Part shown: positions 1 to 9,451 of the stretch, piece by piece | How the letters are laid out: each line of letters opens with the position of its first letter | Position numbering within the stretch: the first letter of the stretch is position 1 | Assembly: GCA_030614005.1 (NCBI GenBank) | Contig: JAUWKS010000013.1 | Coordinates: forward strand, 30,001-62,000 | Direction of reading: 5' to 3' | Source of the DNA: Candidatus Heimdallarchaeota archaeon | GTDB lineage: Archaea; Asgardarchaeota; Heimdallarchaeia; JABLTI01 | DNA: 32,000 nt | The notes under the pieces: generated by a model | Told to the model about the DNA's origin: nothing | Database searches by the model: none | What the model saw: only the letters and a program-made list of their open reading frames with translations | Translations under genes and position numbers: made by a program

Positions 1-1
1 A

Positions 2-874
2 AAAAATGAATTTGATTATCTTCGAGCAATAATTATTACTATGCAAAAAGAAGATTTAGTTGATAATTTAACTGGATTAGATGTTACTATTGAAAGCAGT
101 ATACCAATTGGATCGGGTTTATCATCTTCTGCGGCATTATTAGTTGCTTGGGCAACCGCACTAAATGATCGGTTCCAATTGGATTTAAATATAGAAAAAA
201 TTGCACTACTTTGCTTTAAAGCAGAAAATCACATCTTAGGTGTGAATTGCGGGATAATGGATCAATATTCCTCTTCGTTAGGTGGTATTATTGGCCTTGA
301 TTGCGATGGTCCACCATATGAGATTTCAAAATATACAACTGATTTTTCAGGGTTGATTATTGGAGATAGTTGTGTAAGACGTTCAGCAAACGAACCGTTA
401 ACTGTTTTGAAAAATCAACTATATTCTGGAATTGAAAATTTGCAGAAGGTTACACCATTTAACTTGAAAAAAATTACCTTTGAGGAACTGAAGAGAGCTA
501 AAGCATCTATTGCACCAAATGAGTACAAGAGGTTACATGGTACAATAGTTATTCGAGATTTAACTGAAGAAGCACTGCGAAATTTAGCTAAGAAAAATAC
601 TCATAATTTACCCTTATTAGGAGAATTATTAACAAAACAACAAGATGCTCTGAGAGATTTATTAGAAGTATCCATTCCTGAATTAGATAACCTGGTTATT
701 GCATCATTAAAAGCAGGTGCACTTGGAGCCAAGCTAACCGGGGCAGGATATGGTGGTTGTATTATTGCCCTTGCTCCCGGGAAAGAAAAGGAAGTTGCAG
801 TTGCAATAGAAAATGCCGGTGGAAAAGCAATAATATGCCAAGTAGATCCTGAAGGTGGTAAAAAGGAGAAATAG
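2..874 (+). CDS. galK: GHMP-family sugar kinase, galactokinase-like (5'-truncated by the window edge)
   Basis: GHMP motif IPIGSGLSSSAA, galactokinase-type CGIMDQ and C-terminal GAKLTGAGYGGC. The frame is open from position 2 (KNEFDYLRAIIIT) up to the ATG at 41, so the true start probably lies left of the window. Confidence 0.75.
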   Translation, partial: KNEFDYLRAIIITMQKEDLVDNLTGLDVTIESSIPIGSGLSSSAALLVAWATALNDRFQLDLNIEKIALLCFKAENHILGVNCGIMDQYSSSLGGIIGLDCDGPPYEISKYTTDFSGLIIGDSCVRRSANEPLTVLKNQLYSGIENLQKVTPFNLKKITFEELKRAKASIAPNEYKRLHGTIVIRDLTEEALRNLAKKNTHNLPLLGELLTKQQDALRDLLEVSIPELDNLVIASLKAGALGAKLTGAGYGGCIIALAPGKEKEVAVAIENAGGKAIICQVDPEGGKKEK

Positions 875-893
875 CTAAAGAAGCCTATTTCTC
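866..893. terminator. Possible hairpin between convergent genes
   Basis: gagaaatag (866-874) pairs with ctatttctc (885-893) at a convergent gene junction. AT-rich, so weak. Confidence 0.3.
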
Positions 894-901
894 AGAAAAA
901 A

Positions 902-3900
902 TTATTTTCTTCCAACTAATCTTGGATTTATTTTACCTTCAAGAACAAGATATTCAATTTCTCTTTGAATGGTTTCAGGTGGGAAGTTCATCTGCGTTGA
1001 AACTTTATTAATATCGATGTTTCCAATGTCTTGGTAACCTAAAGCAAGTTTTGCAACTTCACTTCTGAGTTGAAGATATGAATAGAGTACTGTTGTGTCT
1101 CTGTTAAATACTGCCATGAACTTTTGTGGGAGATATTCGATACGAATTACGCTAAGAATTTCATCTAACCGTAATTTTGTTTTATTAGCTAAATCTGCAA
1201 CAACAGCTTTACCATTATCTAATAATTCTTTATCACACCATTGCAATACTTCAGAAAGCACATCACTTGAAACAAAAAGACCAATTTTGAAGTACCTTCC
1301 AGTGATCTCTTTACGAGCATATAGTTCTTGAATAAGAACATTGATTAAACGAGATATTGGTTGCGCTTCCATATATTCGTAAATACTAATTCTTCCTCGT
1401 TCAGTAATATCTGTCCGAACTTGTTCTTTGTAGATTTCTATGAATTCTTGAATATTCCTTTGGAATTTGATATTTACTAGATGTGCTTGTTGTAGTGTGC
1501 TGGCGAGGTTCCCTTCTTGGAAGGCTTCCAAAGATTTCTTGAGGGCTACAAATTTCTTATTTTTCAAAACACGCTGATCGTCAACTTTATCAAAAATTGC
1601 TTGAATGGCATTGAAATCCCAAATACGCAGTTTCTTTAGTGACGTTCTGATTAGTAGATCTAAGAATAAGTTAATGATTTTTGAATCAGAAGTAGCTTCA
1701 AGATATTTGAACATTAAACCATCATAAATCTTGGTTTCTTCAATAAAGCTTCCAGTTCGCTCATAAATATCTGTTGCAGCAAAAACATATGGAATAGAAT
1801 GGAAAATCAAATCTTTCTTACCAGAATTAAGCATTTTTTTAGCTTGGTCTAGTGCCTGAAATGCAATATCTTCTGCTTCTTCGATTTTATCTCTATTTGC
1901 ATAAACCATTCCAGGAACAAGATAACAAATATATCCATCTTCAATGGGTACAGTGTTGAAGAGATTCTGGATAGTTGTTGCTATGATTTGAATGCTATTT
2001 TCATCTCCAGAGAGCTCATAATTTTCAAGAGAAGTCGAATAATAGTATAACCCTTCTTTGAATTTCTCTTCTTTAATTTTCTGATCGCCAATACTTGCAC
2101 TTGTCATTGCAACCTCAGCAATTAAACGATTATTTCCATAGATTTCATATATTCTTCCAGCAGCTTTTAGGAAATTGATAGCGTCACTTAATTTCTTCTT
2201 ATCTGCTGCTAGTTGACCTAGAGCTATACATTGTTTGCCGATTTCAATAATTCTTTCTTTTTGTCCTAAATCATTCATTGCCGTTGCCAAAGTTTCCATA
2301 AGGACATCAAGGCCCTTGAAACGTTTCTTCGTCAAACTCTCAAGTATGGCCAATAGGTTATCAATTATTGCAATTCCAATTTGATGTTGTTTTGATATAC
2401 TTGCTAATCTTAATGCTTGATCCTCTATTCTAATGGCTTTATCGAATGTGATTGCTTTTTGTAGCAATAATTCAGCAGTTTGATGCCAAGCCATAATCAT
2501 ATTGGCAAAATCTAAATTGCCAAGAATTGATAGTGGATGATTTGTGTTGATAATTGAATTGAGTAATTTGATAATATTTTCTCTAGCAAAAATTACTAGG
2601 TCGATATTTGCTTCTTCAGTAATATCTTGGTTTAACTGAATTAATGGAAAAGTTATAACAGAGTAGAAGTCTTTTTCTGATAGGTTAATAACTAAATTAG
2701 TAACTATACTTAGTAGTTTTCTACCCTCATTTCTAGTTGACGATTCAATGCAAAGTATCCTACCAGTTTGAGCTAAGGTGCCAATGAACTTTCTAATTTC
2801 TTTAGTATCATTGGTTTCTAGATAAATACTCCTTGCCTGATTTACAGTTGCATCAAGTAATTCGAGTTTTTTATTTTTTACTAAATAATTAACATGATTC
2901 AAATAATTATTTGCAATATCAATCTTTAATTTCGAATTACCCGCTAAATCTGCTGCAGCAAAAGCAGCATCTAAAATACCTCTAGCTATTCTTGGTCCAC
3001 GTGAAACAAGTAATTTCTTACCATAAACAGTTAGCATCTTGGATAAATTCTCAAGGCCTTTCTGATTTTTCGTTTGGGTCAAGAATTTAGTGGTAGAATC
3101 AACAAATTGCCCAATGAGTTCCAGTCGGCTTTCTTCATCTTCTATACTCTTTTCATATTGTGGTCCTAATACTTGGGAAATAGTTTCAAGATAGTTTGCT
3201 CCCGCTCGAGATGCTTTTTCGAGTTTCGTTTCATATTGGATGATAAGCTCACCGCCGGCATTCATAAATTGAATGCCTAAAATTGGATCTCCTTCTTTAA
3301 TTAATTTCAAACCGAAATCAATACATCTATTTCCTACTTTAGGTAGATAATCGTTTAAACCTGCTCTTGTAGAAAGTTCCATTGCTTTTGAGAAATAGAG
3401 CGCTGCAATATCGAAATTGCGTTCGTTGAGCATTTTACCGCCTTGATTGATGAAGATTTCAGAGATAACCATTATTCTTTCAGTTCGTTGAAGGAAGATA
3501 TACAATCCTCCAGCAAGTTCAACTAAAGGCATTCCAGCATTAACGTTATTATTATCAATTTGTTTTCGACCTTCTGCTATGAGCTCATTAACAACATCTA
3601 ATGATTCTTTGGTCAAATTCCCTTGAGCCAAAAGGTGAACACCATTTCTAAATGCTTCAACAGCAGCAGCCATTTCGTTTCTTTTTACAAGCGTTCGACC
3701 TAAATCAATACTGATTTGACCTATGCCTATGAGGTCATTTATTGTTCGGAGGATACCGATGCCAGAAGCAAGAATAACATGAGATGCTTCAAGTTTCCCA
3801 TCCTCTCTAAGAATAATGCCTTGATTTCTACAAACTGTAGCTAAATGCTTTATTGAAGATTCATCAGTGATTTGAGCAATTTTTTCCATACCCTTATCAA

Positions 3901-6900
3901 TTAATCGACTACCACCAACATTTCTTCCATATGAAATCAAGAGTGCTGCTCCTACAAAACACTTCTCAATACCACCTGTTATTTCTCCTTTAGCAAAGAG
4001 AGCATCAATCGCTGTGTTGATTAAATGGAACCCTTCCTTGGCTCTTTCGACTTCAATATAATTCTTTGCGTGGGTAAGAAGCTTTTCAGTGCCTAGGAAT
4101 AAATCATCTGCAGAGGTCATTGCTTCAAAGGCAATTGGTAACATTTTGAAAGCGGTGTCATATTCTCTCTTTTTCTGGAGATTTAAAGCGATTTTGAATA
4201 TTGTATTTGCTAAATGGATTAAGCGATTTTTCTTTCCAGTTCTTCTAAAGAGAGTAAAGCTTTCTTTGAATAATTCTATAGATTTCTCATAATCTTTAAT
4301 TTCATAAAATGTTTGACCTTCAATCATACAGAGACGGCCAGTGAATTCTTCACCAACAATTGCACCAATAGTGAGTGCAACTTCCCATAATCGTAATCCA
4401 GCCTCTGGATTATTACTTTTGATATTTGCTGTACCAAAAGCCATGACCTTTAGAGCAGTTTCTTCAACTTCTTTCAAACGATTATTTTGTTCCAAAATTT
4501 TAGCTATTTTACCATAACAGAGAATAGCATTTTCTATACTATTTGCTGCCATTAATTGATCTACTAACTCTTCCAAAAATTGAATTGCTTCTTCTACCTG
4601 ACTAATTTCAGTTAAAATTTCTGCGCCTCGAATACCCCAAGAAACAGCAACTTCATTGTTCTTCTCTTTGAGAAACTCTTCACAAGTGTTGATACAGATG
4701 CCTGCAGCTTCGATATGGTTATTCACACTTTGGAGAATTTCAATAGTGAGATTAATGTAATTTGTTGCAGGGAGAAGTTTCCTTTCAGCAATTAAATTGC
4801 TTGAAAAAACTGCTACTTTATTTGCTAGCTGACTGATTTGTTTCAAATTTTGGGCTTGAATATATACTTTGTAGGTTTTTTCTAGACTAATTAAAGCTGC
4901 TTCATGCAGATCTTCTTTTGAGTAGACTTCCCATTCAGTAAGTTTAATCTGTCCATTTAGTTTCAAATCATTAATTTGCAATGCGAAATTCTCAGCTACC
5001 TGATAGAATTCTTGACTTCTTGCTGCTCTTACTGTTCCATCTAATTTTATTGTGGGAATACTACCTCGAACAATTTCTGTTGCTATATCGACTATTTGTG
5101 TGATAAGTTTAGTCAATTCTTTGTTTTTATTTAGACTTAGATAAATGTCACCCGTATTTCTGATTTTGGCTAAACCCTCTTCCAAATTATTATTTACAAT
5201 ATAATATTGACCCATTGAGTTATGTATTTCAGCAATTGCTGAACGGTCTTCTATAATAACGAATAATTTTATAGCTCTTTCTAAAAGATTTATGCCAAAT
5301 TGAGGTGTGTGGCTATGAAGGAATTTTTCACCTTCCATTCTTGCTGTTTGAGCTCCTTGAATAGTTTGCTCTGCATTATTCAAAGCTTCAATACCCAGAG
5401 TAATCATATTATTCGATTCAGGAAGCATATCTCTTTGGAAGAGCTCTCTTCCTTTTTCAATAATTTCTGCACCAACTATAGCTGCATGTCGAACTGATGA
5501 AGAAATATACAAATCAATTGAATTTCCATAGTATTTTGTTGAAAGCTCATATTGTTCTTTTTCTAAAAACTTTTTAGCAACTTCATAAGATCGACCAGCT
5601 TCCGCCTCTGTGTTTACTGCACCATCTATCTGAATGGCAACTTGATATCCTTTTTCAGCGTTAACAAAATCACCTTTATTCAGTATAGTTGTGTATGTTT
5701 CAAAGCAATGATTAGCAACACCAGGATAAATTTGATCTTTTTCGGGTATTTTATTTTTTACTGAAGCAAGACGGTAATACTCAAAACTTTTTTCGTGATT
5801 ATCATGTTCAGAATGATATCTTGCTAATGCAGAGAGAATTCTCGCTGCTTCTTCAGGTTGATCCGCTTTAGTGAACTCAACAGCTCCCTCCTCAAAAAGA
5901 GGGTCTGCATATTCAGTAAGGTTCTTTCGTAAGAAATCTGCAGCAAAACTTACCATAATTTTAGCTGCACGTTCATATTCTCCTGCTTCAGAAAGCACTT
6001 TGCCACTCCCTCGAGCCGAGGCAAGTGTGATATCATTTAGTTCTTCAAGATTGAATTTTCTAACATTCCCTATGTGATCCTCAATAGTTTCTACGGCTGA
6101 ATTAATATTTCGTTTAATTAATGCTCTCGAGAGTGTTTCATTAAACTCACAGGCAGCACTCCACAATCCTTTGGCATTAATAATATCTCCAGTTTTTATA
6201 CACTGCTCTGAATACTTTGTGGCGAGAAGAACTAATGGTTTGAATTTTTGCTCTCTAAGTTCTTCAGGAATTGTTTGAGCAGCAAGTTTCAATCGATCTA
6301 ATGCAATGTCAAAATGGCCTTCTACTAATAGTTCATCAGCAAGTTTGACATATACATCTGCTGCCTCCTCGCTTTTCCCTGCTTCAATATATGCTTCAGC
6401 TGCTTTTGTTGCTAAATCAATGCCTGTTTGAAGATTTCTAACCTTAAACATAGGTTGCCACGAAGAATCAAGAGTATCTGCTGCTAGTTCTATTTCCCCT
6501 AATTCCATAAAGAACTCCGCACAAAGACGATACATTATCTCAGCATAATGGAAATCATTTTTACTAAATCGCTCTCGAGCGAGTTGTCGTATTTCACTGG
6601 GGATATCCACTCTTTCTTCGCTCTCAGGCAAATCTTTTAGTGGGTCAATCATTTTTTTGAAAGCTTCAGTGGCTAGTTGGAATTTGTTATATTTTAGTAG
6701 AAGCTCTGCTTCTTTCCTATAAACTACTACCTCAAAATTACGATCAATTAATCTTCCAATCTCAATTGCAATATAAAAATAGTCTCTGCCAATTGGATAT
6801 TGCTCTATTGTGTGAAGTTGGAGTCCTAATGAAATAATATTATTCCCAAATTCAATGGTTTTATCTTTATTACCAATTTCAATGTAATATTCTTTAGCCA

Positions 6901-7849
6901 TATTATAGTAGGGAATTGCCTCTCGATAGAGTTTCTTTTCAAAAATAGCTAATCCAATTAAAGCTAGCTCACGTGCAAGAACCGTTATAGCTGGAACTGC
7001 TTTTCGAGTAATACAGATATCTTTTGCATGTTTAATTAAACGAATAGCAGTGCTATTATTAAAATCAACTGCAGCTGCTTTCAAAAGTTGGTTTTCTGGG
7101 TCTAAAATTTCAGGAATTAAGCTCTCTATGTGAGAGACAAAATTTGCCATCACATTTTCAGCTGCTAGGATAATAGTTTCCTTATTATCAGTATTCATCT
7201 CAAGAAGTAGCTTAACAGCTTCGTCAAGTGTTTTCTCTCCTTTTTCAGCTTGACCGCTTTCAATATATCTTTGAGAGAGTGATGTGTAGAAATCAATTGT
7301 GCCAATTTCATAATCAGCTTTTTTATAGAGTACTTTTGCTTTCTCTAAATACTCTTCCCCAATTTTCTCTTCGTCAGCTCTAACTCTTGCTTTAGATAAT
7401 ATTTGAATGGTATTTTCAATGTAAGCTTTAGCTGCCTCTAGGTATTTTCCTTTTGGATCCTTGCCAATTTTTTCATACTGATTTGCAATTGTTTCATTTA
7501 TTTTGCCTACTAAATCAAACCTGTTTTCCTTTGTCTGGAAAATTATTGCTGCTTTCTCTAAGAAATTTTCAGCACTAGTTTGAAATGACTCATATTCCGA
7601 ATGATCCAGTTTTTCACTTGCATCAATAAAATAATTAATCGTTTGAATCAATATTTTTGAATCATTTTTAGTAATTACTGCTTCAGCAATTTCCAGCATT
7701 AACCGAGAAGCTTCTTCAAAATTGTCTTTCTCGATAAAAACTTGTATTAACCTAAAGAATTCATCAACTGCTGCTCTTGTTGAGCCAGAGTTTAAGAGAT
7801 GGCGTGCTTTTTCAATATTTTCAAACATCGTTAGTTTTACAACCCACAA
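902..7849 (-). CDS. Giant alpha-solenoid (SNAP/TPR-like repeats) with C-terminal tandem winged-helix/PCI-like region
   Basis: 2315-codon ORF starting at TTG 7849 (alternative ATG at 7828). Recurrent helical-pair pattern such as AEAYIEAGKSEEAADVYVKLA. C-terminal segments GRISIYE..LYARKEITG, GKAVVADLANKTKL and NIDINKVSTQMNFPPETIQREIEYLVLEGKINPRL are wHTH/PCI-like. No signal peptide or TM segment seen. Confidence 0.8.
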   Translation of the reverse strand: MWVVKLTMFENIEKARHLLNSGSTRAAVDEFFRLIQVFIEKDNFEEASRLMLEIAEAVITKNDSKILIQTINYFIDASEKLDHSEYESFQTSAENFLEKAAIIFQTKENRFDLVGKINETIANQYEKIGKDPKGKYLEAAKAYIENTIQILSKARVRADEEKIGEEYLEKAKVLYKKADYEIGTIDFYTSLSQRYIESGQAEKGEKTLDEAVKLLLEMNTDNKETIILAAENVMANFVSHIESLIPEILDPENQLLKAAAVDFNNSTAIRLIKHAKDICITRKAVPAITVLARELALIGLAIFEKKLYREAIPYYNMAKEYYIEIGNKDKTIEFGNNIISLGLQLHTIEQYPIGRDYFYIAIEIGRLIDRNFEVVVYRKEAELLLKYNKFQLATEAFKKMIDPLKDLPESEERVDIPSEIRQLARERFSKNDFHYAEIMYRLCAEFFMELGEIELAADTLDSSWQPMFKVRNLQTGIDLATKAAEAYIEAGKSEEAADVYVKLADELLVEGHFDIALDRLKLAAQTIPEELREQKFKPLVLLATKYSEQCIKTGDIINAKGLWSAACEFNETLSRALIKRNINSAVETIEDHIGNVRKFNLEELNDITLASARGSGKVLSEAGEYERAAKIMVSFAADFLRKNLTEYADPLFEEGAVEFTKADQPEEAARILSALARYHSEHDNHEKSFEYYRLASVKNKIPEKDQIYPGVANHCFETYTTILNKGDFVNAEKGYQVAIQIDGAVNTEAEAGRSYEVAKKFLEKEQYELSTKYYGNSIDLYISSSVRHAAIVGAEIIEKGRELFQRDMLPESNNMITLGIEALNNAEQTIQGAQTARMEGEKFLHSHTPQFGINLLERAIKLFVIIEDRSAIAEIHNSMGQYYIVNNNLEEGLAKIRNTGDIYLSLNKNKELTKLITQIVDIATEIVRGSIPTIKLDGTVRAARSQEFYQVAENFALQINDLKLNGQIKLTEWEVYSKEDLHEAALISLEKTYKVYIQAQNLKQISQLANKVAVFSSNLIAERKLLPATNYINLTIEILQSVNNHIEAAGICINTCEEFLKEKNNEVAVSWGIRGAEILTEISQVEEAIQFLEELVDQLMAANSIENAILCYGKIAKILEQNNRLKEVEETALKVMAFGTANIKSNNPEAGLRLWEVALTIGAIVGEEFTGRLCMIEGQTFYEIKDYEKSIELFKESFTLFRRTGKKNRLIHLANTIFKIALNLQKKREYDTAFKMLPIAFEAMTSADDLFLGTEKLLTHAKNYIEVERAKEGFHLINTAIDALFAKGEITGGIEKCFVGAALLISYGRNVGGSRLIDKGMEKIAQITDESSIKHLATVCRNQGIILREDGKLEASHVILASGIGILRTINDLIGIGQISIDLGRTLVKRNEMAAAVEAFRNGVHLLAQGNLTKESLDVVNELIAEGRKQIDNNNVNAGMPLVELAGGLYIFLQRTERIMVISEIFINQGGKMLNERNFDIAALYFSKAMELSTRAGLNDYLPKVGNRCIDFGLKLIKEGDPILGIQFMNAGGELIIQYETKLEKASRAGANYLETISQVLGPQYEKSIEDEESRLELIGQFVDSTTKFLTQTKNQKGLENLSKMLTVYGKKLLVSRGPRIARGILDAAFAAADLAGNSKLKIDIANNYLNHVNYLVKNKKLELLDATVNQARSIYLETNDTKEIRKFIGTLAQTGRILCIESSTRNEGRKLLSIVTNLVINLSEKDFYSVITFPLIQLNQDITEEANIDLVIFARENIIKLLNSIINTNHPLSILGNLDFANMIMAWHQTAELLLQKAITFDKAIRIEDQALRLASISKQHQIGIAIIDNLLAILESLTKKRFKGLDVLMETLATAMNDLGQKERIIEIGKQCIALGQLAADKKKLSDAINFLKAAGRIYEIYGNNRLIAEVAMTSASIGDQKIKEEKFKEGLYYYSTSLENYELSGDENSIQIIATTIQNLFNTVPIEDGYICYLVPGMVYANRDKIEEAEDIAFQALDQAKKMLNSGKKDLIFHSIPYVFAATDIYERTGSFIEETKIYDGLMFKYLEATSDSKIINLFLDLLIRTSLKKLRIWDFNAIQAIFDKVDDQRVLKNKKFVALKKSLEAFQEGNLASTLQQAHLVNIKFQRNIQEFIEIYKEQVRTDITERGRISIYEYMEAQPISRLINVLIQELYARKEITGRYFKIGLFVSSDVLSEVLQWCDKELLDNGKAVVADLANKTKLRLDEILSVIRIEYLPQKFMAVFNRDTTVLYSYLQLRSEVAKLALGYQDIGNIDINKVSTQMNFPPETIQREIEYLVLEGKINPRLVGRK

Positions 7850-8048
7850 AGCCTATAATATAGTGCAAGATCTTTTTATTTCTACTTCTAATTGAATATA
7901 GACTATTTACTTATATATTTGACTCTTATCCAAATAAAAATTGTGTTTAATGATATTCTTCGAAGATTTAAACATCTTCAAATAGGCAAAGTAATTTCCC
8001 ATGGTCAGTATTTATATTAGATGCTTTATTATGTTATACAATTAACAT

Positions 8049-8054
8049 AGGTGA
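8049..8054 (+). promoter_or_regulatory. Shine-Dalgarno site of the beta-CASP gene
   Basis: AGGTGA located 7 nt upstream of ATG 8062. Confidence 0.6.
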
Positions 8055-8061
8055 ATATACA

Positions 8062-9438
8062 ATGGATTTATCAGTTAGCTTTCATGGAGCAGTAGCGAGA
8101 ACAACAGGTTCTGCGCACTTAATTCGAGCGGGTAATAAACGGATTTTATTAGATTGTGGATTGATACAAGGAATACCTCATCATTATAATCAAAATTTCT
8201 CATTTGATCCAAAATCCATTGATGATATTGTTTTGTCGCATGCACATTTAGACCATTCCGGAAGAATACCTCTGATGTTCAAACAGGGGTTCGAAGGAAA
8301 CATCTATTGTACTGCTGCAACAAAAGATTTAGTCAAAGTATTGCTTTTAGATGCAGTGAAAATATCTCGAATAAAAATGAAGAAAACACGCATTGGTGGT
8401 AGAAGAGTTTCCTTAGACCCCTTATATGTTGAAAAAGATGTATATAATGCATTGAAACATTTTATTACTGTTCCTTATCATCAGGTTAAGAACATTGATA
8501 GAAAAATCTCTTTGAAATTCATTGACGCTGGACACATTCTTGGATCTGCGCAAGTTATACTTGATTGTGATGGAACAATTATTACTTTTACAGGCGATTT
8601 AGGACAAAATGGTATGCCTTTGATTCGTAACCCTGATCCAATTAAGAAAACACATTACTTGATAACCGAATCAACATATGGCAATCGAATCCACCCACCC
8701 ATGGGAAAAGCTGCCCAAGAGTTAATCCAGTATGCAAAACACATTTATGATGAAGGGGGGAAGCTAATCGTTCCATCATTCGCAATTGGAAGAACGCAAA
8801 CACTGATTTACTTTCTAAATGAAACATTTGAGAAAGAGGAAATCGATAAAATGCCAGTCTATATTGATTCACCTATGGCAATAGATGCAACGGAAATTTA
8901 TATAAAACATCCAGAATGCTTTGATAAAGAAACCTTGAAGTTACTAAAATCAGGTGACAATCCTTTGATGTTTCCTGAATTATCCTTTTCAAAAACCCAT
9001 CGCGATTCAAGAAGCATATTGAAGGGCTGGGAAACATGTGTTGTTTTTGCTGGTTCTGGTATGTGCACTGGAGGACGAGTATTAAGTCATTTAATTAATG
9101 AATTGCCTACAAGAAAATCTATCGTGTTGCTGGTTGGATTTCAAGCTAAAGGTACTCTGGGAAGAGAGCTCTATGAAGGAGCTAAATCAGTAAAGATTTA
9201 TAATAAAGAAATTAAAATTCGTGCAAAGGTAAAATCTATCGGAGGCTTCAGTGCACATGCTGATCGAAGGGAACTTATTGATCATATAGCGAAAATTCGA
9301 AAGAAACCTGCAAAAACATTTGTGGTGCATGGGGAAGCACAACAATCATTGACTTTTGCTGCAAACATAAGAAATACTTTACGGATATGGGCGCGTGTAC
9401 CTGAATATAAGAAAGAGTATCGTCTCAAACCATTGTAA
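8062..9438 (+). CDS. Metallo-beta-lactamase / beta-CASP ribonuclease family protein
   Basis: LDCG, SHAHLDHSG (HxHxDH), DAGHILGS, TGDLG, ESTYG, SGMCTGGR, FSAHAD and VHGE motifs in canonical order. Confidence 0.93.
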   Translation: MDLSVSFHGAVARTTGSAHLIRAGNKRILLDCGLIQGIPHHYNQNFSFDPKSIDDIVLSHAHLDHSGRIPLMFKQGFEGNIYCTAATKDLVKVLLLDAVKISRIKMKKTRIGGRRVSLDPLYVEKDVYNALKHFITVPYHQVKNIDRKISLKFIDAGHILGSAQVILDCDGTIITFTGDLGQNGMPLIRNPDPIKKTHYLITESTYGNRIHPPMGKAAQELIQYAKHIYDEGGKLIVPSFAIGRTQTLIYFLNETFEKEEIDKMPVYIDSPMAIDATEIYIKHPECFDKETLKLLKSGDNPLMFPELSFSKTHRDSRSILKGWETCVVFAGSGMCTGGRVLSHLINELPTRKSIVLLVGFQAKGTLGRELYEGAKSVKIYNKEIKIRAKVKSIGGFSAHADRRELIDHIAKIRKKPAKTFVVHGEAQQSLTFAANIRNTLRIWARVPEYKKEYRLKPL

Positions 9439-9451
9439 TAAAGTGGTTTTT

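Noticed and set aside
1095-6077. Short plus-strand ORFs (1095, 4089, 5300, 5871) inside the giant minus-strand gene
   Set aside because: Antisense shadows of a long coding frame, with no motifs.
8062-9438. beta-CASP protein as the deconjugating protease or part of a defence system
   Set aside because: Motifs are those of a standard MBL/beta-CASP RNase, not a JAMM or UFSP protease, and there is no defence context.
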